Below the pieces are notes generated by a model. It did not search any database, was not told the origin of the DNA, and saw only the letters and a program-made list of their open reading frames with translations. Shown one piece after another: positions 1 to 14,000 of a stretch of DNA of 64,000 bases. Made by a program: the position numbers and the translations under genes. Source of the stretch: Paraphysomonas bandaiensis (lineage: Eukaryota; Protista; Chrysophyceae); contig CBFFRP010000080.1 of assembly GCA_965644295.1 (NCBI GenBank), forward strand, positions 392,431 through 456,430. Reading direction: 5' to 3'. Position 1 is the stretch's first letter. Every line of letters starts with the position of its first letter.

Positions 1-2703
1 ATCTGACCCACTTGATTCAGAAGGTTGCGAACAAAATCTTCCGGACAATCGAGATCCAGCAATTTACCAACAACCATAGGGGTCTTTTGCGGTGACACCT
101 TAACAACATAGACTTCGATGTACTTGTGCAAGTTGTTAGAGTACAAGTAGGAGGTCATCTCTTCGACGAAGTCAAAGCGGTCGCAGACATGGATAAGGGG
201 GCGGGGATCTGGAAGCTTGGCATCCATCAAGAACTTCTTCACCTCAGCAGGATCATACACAGTGCTGTCCCGACACACACGCTCGACTTCCTTGAACTGC
301 TGCATCTTGGCAGCGGCCTCAATGTACTTGATATGTACCAGGGGAACCTGGGAGTTATTAACAATCGCTCCAAGATAGTAGAAGAGACCCTCGAAGGACT
401 TGAAGTCCTCAAAAAGCTTGATCAGCTTCTCAGGGCCGAGAGGATCAGAGTACTTGGTGGCAATCTGGACCACAAGCTGCAAATTCTGACGTATATTGCG
501 CCCGAGAAGTTCTTTGATCACCTCTAAAGAAGCCTCCTGTGAGAGAGACCCAAAGTAATTCACCACAAACTCGGGGTTGATGCCTTGGGAGTTCTGTAGA
601 ACCCTCTTGATGTCTACCATATCTGTGTAGTTCTCAAGAGCGCGCTGGTACAAACCAGCTTGTTCACAAAGACGAGCGATGCGAGGTTTATCGTAGTGAG
701 TGAACATCTCGTTGCCTAGAATTGCATCTGCCACCTGGGGAGACCCTCCCATGAGGTTGATTTCGAGCAGCTTGGTTTGCAGGAAGCCTTCCTCTTTCCT
801 GTTTCCCTTGAGGGCCTCCAGCAAAAATGCGGTGGCTTCGCGGAGAAGGTTGGCTTGCATGAATATATCTAAAACAGCGTTTGCATCCAACAGCTGACCA
901 GACTCATGGTTGACGAGTTTTTTAGCAAACTCCAAAGCTCCTGAAGGGTTCTGACGCACGAGGTTCTGGAGCATATATGCGTAGTCACAACGATACCCGA
1001 CCTTGGTGGCATACGCCACTATCTTATCAAACTCTCCCTTCTGCATGAAGCAGTTGACGGCCTTCTCAGGCACATTTGCACGGAGGTAAACAGTCAATGC
1101 AAGGTTTACATCTGCCTTTGAAAGAAGATCACCTAGCTGCTCAGAATGCTCTAGCTTATCTTCCCCAATCCATTTTTCGAGCATCTGGGGCTTGCCCTGT
1201 TGTAACACAAGGCCAGCGAGATCAATCGACTCATGCTTGTTGAGTTTGCCCTTCTCGAGCAGCACGCTAAAGTACTGGAACACAGGCTGAGGCTGGCCAG
1301 GCTGACCTTGCATTTGCTTGAAGCGGTTGATAGTGTCTGGAGTACGGAGAATTCCCTTAGGGGAAGTAGCGGCCAGGCGAGCTGCACCAGGAATGTCCCC
1401 TGAGGCCATCAGGCTGTTAAACTGAGAGACATAGATATCATCTGCACCGGATAGGTTCAGGCGTGTGGCAAGCTGAAGAGCAAGTTCCTGGTCACGTAGA
1501 GTGCCAATAATGTAAGGAACCAAGTTGTTCTCGTTTAATGACACATGTAGAACCTGTCCCTTACGAGAGGTGATTGCCAGGATGCCGCCAGAAGCAGCGT
1601 GCTCACATGCCGCAAACACAGTATCCTGAGTGATGCGGGCACGGTACATTGGCTTGCCTGAGTGGATATCAAACATGTACAAGTAGCCCATCTTGGTAAC
1701 CATATAAAGAATATCGTGCACTTTGGAGACGTTCATTGCAACTGGAAAGTCATTCCCAGCATCAGCAGGAACAGGAATATTCTGTGGGGCAACCCGAAAA
1801 ACACCTCCAGGTGCATTCTTGTCCCTTCCAATTTCCATAATAAAAATTTGTGCCGGCTGGTCGGGCTTCTTTTGCTCGAAACACAGAACCTGTGCCGGGT
1901 CACGCCCAGGTAAATTAACCATGGCAAAGGACCCGCTGTGTCCTTGCAGCATTTGAGAGACCTGCTTCTCGATCGAATACAGTTGCATATTGCCATTAAT
2001 TGTAGGGCCGGATGGGCCAGCAGGGCCGGCGCAGATGCCCACAAGCAAACACCACTTGCCATCACGAGACACTTGGTAGTTGATAATTTGTGTTCCTTCC
2101 ATCATTGCAGCATTGCGATCAAATATTTTAACTGGCGCAGCATCACCTGAACAAATATGTGATCACACGGGCAATAATGATAAAGCATAATTACCTTCAA
2201 TAGACCAATGAAATACTGACTCAGCAGTAACAAGGGCAATTGAATTGGGGGAAGTCCACCTCCAGTACTGCACTGGAACAGGCATAGCGTGGCTCTTCAT
2301 CTTAGCCCTCAAGTCAAGGTTGAATATCTGCAACTGCTGACCAGCTATATAAAAAACAGTAAGACGAAGTAACAGCAAAATCGTGATGTACCTCTCAGAG
2401 CAATGACCTTTGAGACAGGATTCATAATGGCAGCTTCTGCAGACATGCGCTGACGAGTGACGGAGTTCCCTGCAGTGAGATCCACAATAGCGATTTGTCC
2501 AGCGCCTCCTTGGTTCTCACAGACAGTAATATACTTCTCCGACTCCATGGAGCATGATCCAATCTTGACGCTCTCGCCATTGATCCCAAGGGCCGTTAAC
2601 TGCACACAAGACAATTGCAATTAAAAGGATGTCAAACAGAGCTAGGGGGCGGGTTCCTTACATTGACTAACTCACTAAACGTAATTGGTAACTGTTGAGC
2701 CAT
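1..2703 (-). CDS. CHC1: Clathrin heavy chain, 5' portion (multi-exon; continues beyond the left edge)
   Basis: Spliced minus-strand reading MAQQLPITFSELVN|LTALGINGES...SMESEKYITVCE...SAEAAIMNPVSKVIALR...LQIFNLDLRAKMKSH...MQLYSIEKQVSQMLQGHSG, later KLECSEQLGDL and THYDKPRIARLCEQAGLYQRALENY. ATG at 2703; short GT-AG introns. Confidence 0.97.
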
Positions 2704-3267
2704 TGTTACAAAGCTGACTACCACGGCTTAACAACAGATAATGCAACAATTAGCAGAGTATGGGGACGGGCTGCTATCTGAGTGTGTCTTGCTGTTGCTG
2801 CTGCATGCATCATGTTGTGGAATTTTTTGCATCAGATGTGGGAGCGATTTTTTCGGCGTATCTTCAACAGACACGTATCCTACAAGATGTAAAAATGACA
2901 TACATATGAGGAGAAAGATATTCCGACATACATCACGAGCAGCAGCATTAGGAGTGGAATTGCGTACGTAGTATACCAGGTATACCGGTACTGTATACCA
3001 ATGAGAAGGTCTCACCCACAATACGGCAGTGTACTTTATATCCTGCTGCAGGTCACCGTCATATGATTAAGGAGAAGCCTAGTGGGAGGTGTGGTGTTCG
3101 CTCTACGTCTACTGATTGCGACTCTCATGTAATGATATCTGTTTTGTGGGATTAAAAGGCCGTGTGGTCCAGTTAATGGGGACCGTGTTTTATGCTTCCC
3201 TGTGTTTCGTGAAGTGATTGTCGTCTGTTACTTATTCTATTTCTTTCCTTGGTGAGTCATATCTGAT

Positions 3268-4798
3268 TATGAGGCAACACACTGCCCCTGCAGTACAGGT
3301 TTATCCTAACCATTCTTCGAGAGGCAGTAAAAAGAAGAAACACCATGTAAATTTGAGGAAGTCACACCCTTCATTTAGCCCTGAACAGATTGTGAAGTAT
3401 TTTAAATGGTTTAGTGCCCTCAGCACTACTAAAACTGGGATGGTTGTGCTCGATGATATTGCTAATTCTTTTGTTTCTGCGGGACTAGTAAAATTTAAAA
3501 AGGAGGTTCGGTACATGTTTGAGGATGTTATCTCTCCTGATTCTGAGGAAATTGAGTTTGATGATTTTCTCAACATTGTGTCTGCTAATATTTTGAGCAA
3601 TCAAATTCCCCAACAGAAATTGGAAGATTTAGTGGACAGCGAAAGCGACCTCTCAGCAGATACATTGCTCTCGCAAGAACGCAGAAAATTATTAATGGAG
3701 CATGTTGTTAACCGGGCCGCTGTAAGAGCATGGGGAGTTGACAGTAGTCTTGTAAGTTTTACCACTCCACCAAGGAAGTTACGGAATCGTAAACCCGTCG
3801 ATGAATTGGCTATTAAGTATGAACAGCAACGAGTAGAAGCCAGTGATGTTGTGTGGGAACTTCACGATATCCTAAAGAAAACACGTGAGCAACAAATTGA
3901 ACAGGCTGCATTACCAACTCCAAAAGTATGCCAGAAGAAAAAGACTGTGCTATTACCGTTAGAGGAATTATTAAGCCCCCAGCTATTGGCTGACTTGGAT
4001 GTAGACCAGTCACTCCTGGCCGATCCACCTAAGTGCGAGAAAGGAAATAATGTGTTGTTTTTCCCGGGTAGTTCACTCACAGAGTCATTTTCAGTAAGTA
4101 TTTACCATTTTATTACAGTTTAACTTATATACATTATTTTTCAGGATCATGATACTATTTTGTCTCCTTTGGTTACTCCTCGGGAGACGTCGCCCGTCGA
4201 TGCAATGGAATCTATTGACCAGGGGGAACGCTTGCTATCCTATCCTAGTCCTGTGCTCGTCGTCAGAGAAAATCTAGTATATAACCCCGATGTGTGTCCG
4301 CTCGTCAATTTAGCTGAAGACATAAAACGGCCAAATACATCCAGTTTGGTACGTATCCGTTCGCCGCCACGGAGGCCTGGGACGGGGAAACTTCCTGTTT
4401 ATTCACAACGACCAGCAACGAGTGATACAGTTTCTCCAACGAAATTGGGAGCACCACTGAATTATCTCAGCTCCATGCATATGCCTGACATACATGGACA
4501 GAAAATAGGACAACGCCCATTAACCACAAGTACTGTACCGAGGACGCCCAATATCCGTATGTCTAATCGAGCTGGAACTGAAACGGTGCCGACGGGAAAG
4601 CCATTGAACCATTCTCTCAACAATAGAAATTCTGTGGGCATGATACAACATTGTTCTTCGTACGATGCACCATCGTCATGTTCAAAGAGGACAGGCCGTA
4701 GAAATTCCAGACCAGAACGAAGACTTAGTAAGGGTGGATTTGAAGGACGTAGTAGAAGTCCTATTCCTCTTCCTGCGCGGCGTAGATTAGCCATATAA
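3268..4798 (+). CDS. EF-hand-like domain protein with low-complexity basic/Pro-Ser C-terminus (2 exons, intron ~4096-4145)
   Basis: ORFs 3218-4123 and 4160-4798 joined by a gtaagt...ttttcag intron. Degenerate EF-hand pair (FSALSTTKTGMVVLDDI; DVISPDSEEIEFDDFLNIV) and repeated RPxT motifs. Confidence 0.65.
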
Positions 4799-5122
4799 CG
4801 TTCTTAATTTACCTATGGTCAGGAAAGGTTTACCACTGGTGGAGAACTGCTTTTCAAGCAGTGTATATTTGACTTAATTTATTGGAACATGTGTGTTGCC
4901 GTGCTAATTTATTTTCTGTGATGTGTGAATAGGAGGATTGATTACCGATCATGAATCATAAGCTGATGTATGTACGCATATGTGATAATGCTCTATACTG
5001 CACAACTATAGTGTCTTATTAATAAAGAACACAGTGTTGGTCAATTAGCTTGTGTAGTCTTAATTTAACGTTTACCTACTTATAGACAGAAACAGCTTTC
5101 GAAAATATCACATTTTTTATAA

Positions 5123-6174
5123 TCCCCATTTGTCTCGAAAGAAGTGTTATTTCCCTTCATAGGGCTACGCTCATGTTAGCACCGGGCAAATGTAGACATT
5201 CAATTTAATTATGATCTTGACAGTCATTTGAAAGTTGATTCATTATATTCCGGATTCTGGATACATTAAGTGTTCAACAGTTTCACCTATAGGGTAAGGA
5301 GTATCACCCATTGGCCAATTATAAAACTTGGGCCTTGTTATAAAAGTTTTAGCGCGGGACAATATACAATATAGCCTCCTTATATTATATTGAAAGTCTT
5401 TTTATTGAAAGTTCCGATATAGTGGCTAGTTGAATGCTAGACCTACTAGTTAGACCTCTATTCATAACTAATCAGCACAAATTCTATTATCCTTCTATTT
5501 AGCGCTACAGTAGCTGCTTGTGCGTCGCCGCAAGCACCAAGGTGCAACCACTTCCGTTCTTAATGTTGTTTGTGAGTTTCGCCCTGCTCGTGTGTCTTAG
5601 GACTCACTGGCGCGTGTTGTCCGGGGGTCTTCCCTTGGGATAAGGTTCCGCCAGGCTCTGAGGTACAGGGTTCGTCATTAAGGTCCTGAGTGTACCGAGC
5701 ACTAGATGTGTGTGCTGAGAGGTTGATGGTGTGGTGGAATGTGTCGTTGTCGCCGTGCACCGTCTGGGCGTCAGGCATAGGTGGAGTTGCCGGAGACGGC
5801 GTCGCCGCTGTCTAGGGCCTGATGGTTTCATGCGGTCCGGTGCTATGGTCCTATGCGTATGATTGGTGGGGTTCATATGTGCGGTGGACGGTGTTCCAGT
5901 CTCGGTTCGTCTGTGGATTCCTAGTAGTTTTAGCACCCTTGGGCGTTTCCATTTCTGTCTATGTTTTGGACGCGGTCGCGGTAGTAGCCTAGGGGGCCCT
6001 TTCTGTAGGGTAACATATCGTCTACTTCGATCTTGGATCATTAGCTTTGCTGCAGCGAAAAGCGGTAGAAGCAATCTGATGACCGCTGATTCGATGCTGC
6101 GCAGTCCTTGGGGTGTCAGTGACTCATGGATGTGATCTCCAAGCCTCCTTATAACCCGTGGTTAAATATAACTA
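5123..6174. mobile_element. TIR-less hairpin-ended non-autonomous element (Crypton-like), interrupted by a retroelement insertion
   Basis: Ends tccccatttgtctc... and ...ccgtggttaaatataacta match, in reverse orientation, the 861-bp insertion at 56676-57536. Internal block gcaccgggcaaatgtagacattcaa is also shared. Confidence 0.65.
5385..6141 (-). mobile_element. 5'-truncated non-LTR retrotransposon remnant (ORF C-terminus + conserved 3' tail)
   Basis: Flanked by 12-bp TSD agcctccttata (5373-5384, 6142-6153). Minus-strand peptide GLRSIESAVIRLLLPLFAAAKLMI aligns with GLRVIETAVVTLLQPLYAAAKLMF at ~39055-39130. Carries the shared tail gctgcttgtgcgtcgccgcaagcaccaaggtgcaaccacttccgttct. Confidence 0.75.
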
Positions 6175-6189
6175 TTTTCTCGATATTAC

Positions 6190-6829
6190 AGTAGTGAATG
6201 TCTGATTATTTAGCAATAGGCGTTGAGACCTTGCATCAATTAGTGGCTAGAAGAATGCTAGTCATACTAGTTAGACCACTACCCGTAACTAATCAATACA
6301 AACTCTTTTATCCTACTATTTAACGCTACGAAAGCTGCTTGTGCGTCGCCGCAAGCACCAAGGTGCAACCACTTCCGTTCTTTTTGTGTGATATGAAATT
6401 CGCCTTTATCGTGTGTCCGTGGACTCACCGGCGCTTTTGATCTGGGGGTCTCCCTTTGGGATGGGTCTCCATTGGTTTTGGAGGGGGCTCAGCATTCTGA
6501 ATTAGGGTCCTGAGTGCACCTAGTTCCAGATGTGTGGGTTGGGAGTGGTGGGGATTGTTGGGAGGAGGAGTTGGGTTTGTAGTATGTGTTACTGTGCTCC
6601 TGTGGGGCCGCGGGTGTAGATAGAGTTGTCGAAGCCGTCGGCGTTGTGGAGGTCTGGGCAGTCCAGTGCTCTGTCGGGTAGGACCTGTGAGGTGTGCACG
6701 TGTGTCTGGAGTCGGATACGCTGTGGGGGGTTTTCGTTGGACCCCTAGTAGTCGAAGGACTCTCGGACGTTGTCTTGACTGACTGCGTTTCGGACGGGGT
6801 CTCGGGAGTAGCCTGGGCGGCCTTTTGGA
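6190..6829 (-). mobile_element. 5'-truncated non-LTR retrotransposon remnant (same family)
   Basis: 12-bp TSD tctcgatattac (6178-6189, 6830-6841). Same 3' tail (tagcaataggcgtt...actagttagacc...gcttgtgcgtcgccgcaagc) and a Thr/Pro-rich ORF end. Confidence 0.75.
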
Positions 6830-8096
6830 TCTCGATATTACTACAGCTCACGTTGTATTATTAACTGCTTAGCCAAATCACGTTGCCAGTAACTCGGAGT
6901 TTTATCGATCGCTATATAGTATATAGTATATAGGACTTGGCTGCTGTCATTCAGTTGTACTATTGTAAACGCTTTACTTCAGGGTTAGGGGTTATATTGA
7001 TTGCTCGGCCGGCAGATCTTATTACTATTAAGCTAGCTTGAAATACAGTGCATCGTTAATATCAATGTTGAGATCGTATAAGTTGCTAAAGTTTTCGTCG
7101 TCATAGGGCAGTATTATTGATTAAAACAATAAGATTATATGTATGAAACTGTAGTGAATATAATAATTCAATATTTAATAGAATAATAAAGTACTTATAT
7201 AAATGTCTGCGATGTTTAGTGTGAGGGGTATTGGTGTATGCTATGATGTCCGCAACGTTGTAACAAAGTAGTATTGGGTTAGTAATACTAAACAATGAGC
7301 TGTCTACGAATAAATTCACAAAACTAGTGTCACTGATTTTATGAAGAGTATTCCAGCAGTTTCCATTGCAGCTGCTGAGGTTGACGGGCGAGCGTTGGCC
7401 GTGATACACTTATTAAAATAAGTAGCTGTATTGACCGTACACTGTTATTTTTTTCAGTCTTTCTAATTGACCCAATCCTAAATATATAACAGATAGAATA
7501 CCGACAAAATGACAAAAGTGACAGCACCCGTTTTCCCATTTCTCTGTTCTGTGAGTAGTATTGTTCTGTTCGAATGGGGATGGTGGACACTTTATATGTA
7601 TACAGAATATCCAAACTAAATTAACACATCTTAAAGATAAAACTATTCGGAATATACCATAGTATTGTTCTGCCCACTGTAGAAATTTAATAATTTGATC
7701 GATTTTATGCTGTAATGATGCAGGAAAATAACCCAAACATTGACCACAGTGTGGATAACACAGTCATGTACATGACAATCAAATTTAAAAAAATTCTACA
7801 ATGGCAGAACAACATGAAGAAGGATGCGTTTATTTGGATTCTTGTGTACATACACGGTACATGAATGAAGAGCCCGTCATACCACAGTGTACAGAACAGA
7901 AAAATGGCATTTTTGTCGGAATACCTACACTTCGTACAATACACTGTAATACAACACACAAACTTCCTAAAAAATAGAGATTTTGAAAGAACAAATATCA
8001 AAAAATTGGTTAGGTTTTGGGTTGCAAAGAGAGTAGGTAAAGTAGAATGATTGGGGCCGTCCATCAAGAGAAGTGATGTGACATGCCTGCAGAGAC

Positions 8097-11000
8097 TTAT
8101 CAGTATATCTACATATATTATATACCATATCTCATCTGTATGGAATGTAATTGAATGTTCGGATTCTAATACGAACCTATTGTATGGGATAGGGATCTGT
8201 TTTGATTGTTGTTCGCGTCGACTGAATGGATGGCTGTTGTGCGTGGCGATTAGTTACGGAGTGTGAGATGTGGATACATCATATGAGAAGGTAGAGTAGT
8301 TATAATTGACAGCATTGGCACGATACAATATTCCTTTACACGAGTATATATTTTATTTATGCATCTGTGTATATTCCGCACCATTTGCCCCTCGATTAGG
8401 TTTGTACATACCGTATTGAGGCTTCCTTAATGGTTCAATATAAACCCTTCCCTCTAATCGGCCATCTACCGAGTGGCCTTCGGGCTGCCGAGGGCGGGGG
8501 GGTTATCTGGGCGCATCCTCTTGGCTCTCATGCTAGATGATGAATCAGTCTTCCCACATCTATTTATTAGTATATCTACATATATTATATACCATATCTC
8601 ATCTGTATGGAATATAATTGAATATTCGAATTCTAATACGAACCTATTGTATGGGATAGGGATCTGTTTTGATTGTTGTTCGCGTCGACTGGATGGATGG
8701 CTGTTGTGCGTGGCGATTAGTTACGGAGTGTGAGATGTGGATACATCATATGAGAAGGTAGAGTAGTTATAATTGACAGCATTGGCACGATACAATATTC
8801 CTTTACACGAGTATATATTTTATTTATGCATCTGTGTATATTCCGCACCATTTGCCCCTCGATTAGGTTTGTACATACCGTATTGAGGCTTCCTTAATGG
8901 TTCAATATAAACCCTTCCCTCTAATCGGCCATCTACCGAGTGGCCTTCGGGCTGCCGAGGGCGGGGGGGTTATCTGGGCGCATCCTCTTGGCTCTCATGC
9001 TAGATGATGAATCAGTCTTCCCACATCTATTTATTAGTATATCTACATATATTATATACCATATCTCATCTGTATGGGATAGGGATCTGTTTTGATTGTT
9101 GTTCGCGTCGATTGGATGGATGGCTGTTGTGCGTGGCGATTAGTTACGGAGTGTGAGATGTGGATACATCATATGAGAAGGTAGAGTAGTTATAATTGAC
9201 AGCATTGGCACGATACAATATTCCTTTACACGAGTATATATTTTATTTATGCATCTGTGTATATTCCGCACCATTTGCCCCTCGATTAGGTTTGTACATA
9301 CCGTATTGAGGCTTCCTTAATGGTTCAATATAAACCCTTCCCTCTAATCGGCCATCTACCGAGTGGCCTTCGGGCTGCCGAGGGCGGGGGGTTATCTGGG
9401 CGCATCCTCTTGGCTCTCATGCTAGATGATGAATCAGTCTTCCCACATCTATTTATTAGTATATCTACATATATTATATACCATATCTCATCTGTATGGG
9501 ATAGGGATCTGTTTTGATTGTTGTTCGCGTCGATTGGATGGATGGCTGTTGTGCGTGGCGATTAGTTACGGAGTGTGAGATGTGGATACATCATATGAGA
9601 AGGTAGAGTAGTTATAATTGACAGCATTGGCACGATACAATATTCCTTTACACGAGTATATATTTTATTTATGCATCTGTGTATATTCCGCACCATTTGC
9701 CCCTCGATTAGGTTTGTACATACCGTATTGAGGCTTCCTTAATGGTTCAATATAAACCCTTCCCTCTAATCGGCCATCTACCGAGTGGCCTTCGGGCTGC
9801 CGAGGGCGGGGGGGTTATCTGGGCGCATCCTCTTGGCTCTCATGCTAGATGATGAATCAGTCTTCCCACATCTATTTATTAGTATATCTACATATATTAT
9901 ATACCATATCTCATCTGTATGGGATAGGGATCTGTTTTGATTGTTGTTCGCGTCGATTGGATGGATGGCTGTTGTGCGTGACGATTAGTTACGGAGTGTG
10001 AGATGTGGATACATCATATGAGAAGGTAGAGTAGTTATAATTGACAGCATTGGCACGATACAATATTCCTTTACACGAGTATATATTTTATTTATGCATC
10101 TGTGTATATTCCGCACCATTTGCCCCTCGATTAGGTTTGTACATACCGTATTGAGGCTTCCTTAATGGTTCAATATAAACCCTTCCCTCTAATCGGCCAT
10201 CTACCGAGTGGCCTTCGGGCTGCCGAGGGCGGGGGGGTTATCTGGGCGCATCCTCTTGGCTCTCATGCTAGATGATGAATCAGTCTTCCCACATCTATTT
10301 ATTAGTATATCTACATATATTATATACCATATCTCATCTGTATGGGATAGGGATCTGTTTTGATTGTTGTTCGCGTCGATTGGATGGATGGCTGTTGTGC
10401 GTGGCGATTAGTTACGGAGTGTGAGATGTGGATACATCATATGAGAAGGTAGAGTAGTTATAATTGACAGCATTGGCACGATACAATATTCCTTTACACG
10501 AGTATATATTTTATTTATGCATCTGTGTATATTCCGCACCATTTGCCCCTCGATTAGGTTTGTACATACCGTATTGAGGCTTCCTTAATGGTTCAATATA
10601 AACCCTTCCCTCTAATCGGCCATCTACCGAGTGGCCTTCGGGCTGCCGAGGGCGGGGGGGTTATCTGGGCGCATCCTCTTGGCTCTCATGCTAGATGATG
10701 AATCAGTCTTCCCACATCTGTTTATTAGTATATCTACATATATTATATACCATATCTCATCTGTATGGAATATAATTGAATATTCGAATTCTAATACGAA
10801 CCTATTGTATGGGATAGGGATCTGTTTTGATTGTTGTTCGCGTCGACTGGATGGATGGCTGTTGTGCGTGGCGATTAGTTACGGAGTGTGAGATGTGGAT
10901 ACATCATATGAGAAGGTAGAGTAGTTATAATTGACAGCATTGGCACGATACAATATTCCTTTACACGAGTATATATTTTATTTATGCATCTGTGTATATT

Positions 11001-14000
11001 CCGCACCATTTGCCCCTCGATTAGGTTTGTACATACCGTATTGAGGCTTCCTTAATGGTTCAATATAAACCCTTCCCTCTAATCGGCCATCTACCGAGTG
11101 GCCTTCGGGCTGCCGAGGGCGGGGGGGTTATCTGGGCGCATCCTCTTGGCTCTCATGCTAGATGATGAATCAGTCTTCCCACATCTGTTTATTAGTATAT
11201 CTACATATATTATATACCATATCTCATCTGTATGGAATATAATTGAATATTCGAATTCTAATACGATCCTATTGTATGGGATAGGGATCTGTTTTGATTG
11301 TTGTTCGCGTCGACTGGATGGATGGCTGTTGTGCGTGGCGATTAGTTACGGAGTGTGAGATGTGGATACATCATATGAGAAGGTAGAGTAGTTATAATTG
11401 ACAGCATTGGCACGATACAATATTCCTTTACACGAGTATATATTTTATTTATGCATCTGTGTATATTCCGCACCATTTGCCCCTCGATTAGGTTTGTACA
11501 TACCGTATTGAGGCTTCCTTAATGGTTCAATATAAACCCTTCCCTCTAATCGGCCATCTACCGAGTGGCCTTCGGGCTGCCGAGGGCGGGGGGTTATCTG
11601 GGCGCATCCTCTTGGCTCTCATGCTAGATGATGAATCAGTCTTCCCACATCTATTTATTAGTATATCTACATATATTATATACCATATCTCATCTGTATG
11701 GAATATAATTGAATATTCGAATTCTAATACGAACCTATTGTATGGGATAGGGATCTGTTTTGATTGTTGTTCGCGTCGACTGGATGGATGGCTGTTGTGC
11801 GTGGCGATTAGTTACGGAGTGTGAGATGTGGATACATCATATGAGAAGGTAGAGTAGTTATAATTGACAGCATTGGCACGATACAATATTCCTTTACACG
11901 AGTATATATTTTATTTATGCATCTGTGTATATTCCGCACCATTTGCCCCTCGATTAGGTTTGTACATACCGTATTGAGGCTTCCTTAATGGTTCAATATA
12001 AACCCTTCCCTCTAATCGGCCATCTACCGAGTGGCCTTCGGGCTGCCGAGGGCGGGGGGTTATCTGGGCGCATCCTCTTGGCTCTCATGCTAGATGATGA
12101 ATCAGTCTTCCCACATCTATTTATTAGTATATCTACATATATTATATACCATATCTCATCTGTATGGAATATAATTGAATATTCGAATTCTAATACGAAC
12201 CTATTGTATGGGATAGGGATCTGTTTTGATTGTTGTTCGCGTCGACTGGATGGATGGCTGTTGTGCGTGACGATTAGTTACGGAGTGTGAGATGTGGATA
12301 CATCATATGAGAAGGTAGAGTAGTTATAATTGACAGCATTGGCACGATACAATATTCCTTTACACGAGTATATATTTTATTTATGCATCTGTGTATATTC
12401 CGCACCATTTGCCCCTCGATTAGGTTTGTACATACCGTATTGAGGCTTCCTTAATGGTTCAATATAAACCCTTCCCTCTAATCGGCCATCTACCGAGTGG
12501 CCTTCGGGCTGCCGAGGGCGGGGGGGTTATCTGGGCGCATCCTCTTGGCTCTCATGCTAGATGATGAATCAGTCTTCCCACATCTATTTATTAGTATATC
12601 TACATATATTATATACCATATCTCATCTGTATGGAATATAATTGAATATTCGAATTCTAATACGAACCTATTGTATGGGATAGGGATCTGTTTTGATTGT
12701 TGTTCGCGTCGACTGGATGGATGGCTGTTGTGCGTGACGATTAGTTACGGAGTGTGAGATGTGGATACATCATATGAGAAGGTAGAGTAGTTATAATTGA
12801 CAGCATTGGCACGATACAATATTCCTTTACACGAGTATATATTTTATTTATGCATCTGTGTATATTCCGCACCATTTGCCCCTCGATTAGGTTTGTACAT
12901 ACCGTATTGAGGCTTCCTTAATGGTTCAATATAAACCCTTCCCTCTAATCGGCCATCTACCGAGTGGCCTTCGGGCTGCCGAGGGCGGGGGGGTTATCTG
13001 GGCGCATCCTCTTGGCTCTCATGCTAGATGATGAATCAGTCTTCCCACATCTGTTTATTAGTATATCTACATATATTATATACCATATCTCATCTGTATG
13101 GAATATAATTGAATATTCGAATTCTAATACGAACCTATTGTATGGGATAGGGATCTGTTTTGATTGTTGTTCGCGTCGACTGAATGGATGGCTGTTGTGC
13201 GTGACGATTAGTTACGGAGTGTGAGATGTGGATACATCATATGAGAAGGTAGAGTAGTTATAATTGACAGCATTGGCACGATACAATATTCCTTTACACG
13301 AGTATATATTTTATTTATGCATCTGTGTATATTCCGCACCATTTGCCCCTCGATTAGGTTTGTACATACCGTATTGAGGCTTCCTTAATGGTTCAATATA
13401 AACCCTTCCCTCTAATCGGCCATCTACCGAGTGGCCTTCGGGCTGCCGAGGGCGGGGGGTTATCTGGGCGCATCCTCTTGGCTCTCATGCTAGATGATGA
13501 ATCAGTCTTCCCACATCTATTTATTAGTATATCTACATATATTATATACCATATCTCATCTGTATGGAATATAATTGAATATTCGAATTCTAATACGAAC
13601 CTATTGTATGGGATAGGGATCTGTTTTGATTGTTGTTCGCGTCGACTGGATGGATGGCTGTTGTGCGTGACGATTAGTTACGGAGTGTGAGATGTGGATA
13701 CATCATATGAGAAGGTAGAGTAGTTATAATTGACAGCATTGGCACGATACAATATTCCTTTACACGGGTATATATTTTATTTATGCATCTGTGTATATTC
13801 CGCACCATTTGCCCCTCGATTAGGTTTGTACATACCGTATTGAGGCTTCCTTAATGGTTCAATATAAACCCTTCCCTCTAATCGGCCATCTACCGAGTGG
13901 CCTTCGGGCTGCCGAGGGCGGGGGGGTTATCTGGGCGCATCCTCTTGGCTCTCATGCTAGATGATGAATCAGTCTTCCCACATCTATTTATTAGTATATC

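Noticed and set aside
126-2150. Plus-strand and off-frame ORFs over clathrin (similarly over RPN1, the LRR gene and the LEA genes)
   Set aside because: Antisense or alternative-frame shadows of well-supported genes.
6305-6335. Pistol-ribozyme-like CGUUAAAUAG in the LINE tail (minus strand)
   Set aside because: The required pseudoknot and P2/P3 pairings are absent.
6980-6993. Interstitial telomere repeat agggttagggg
   Set aside because: Fewer than two full repeats; expected by chance.
8385-8560. Array core as a hammerhead or HDV ribozyme, box C/D or U3 snoRNA, snRNA, 5S or telomerase RNA
   Set aside because: No CUGAnGA/GAAA core on either strand; HDV P3 and P1.1 cannot be built; ATGATGA has no consistent D box; TAAACCCT and the plant-USE-like TCCCACATC are short matches without supporting context.
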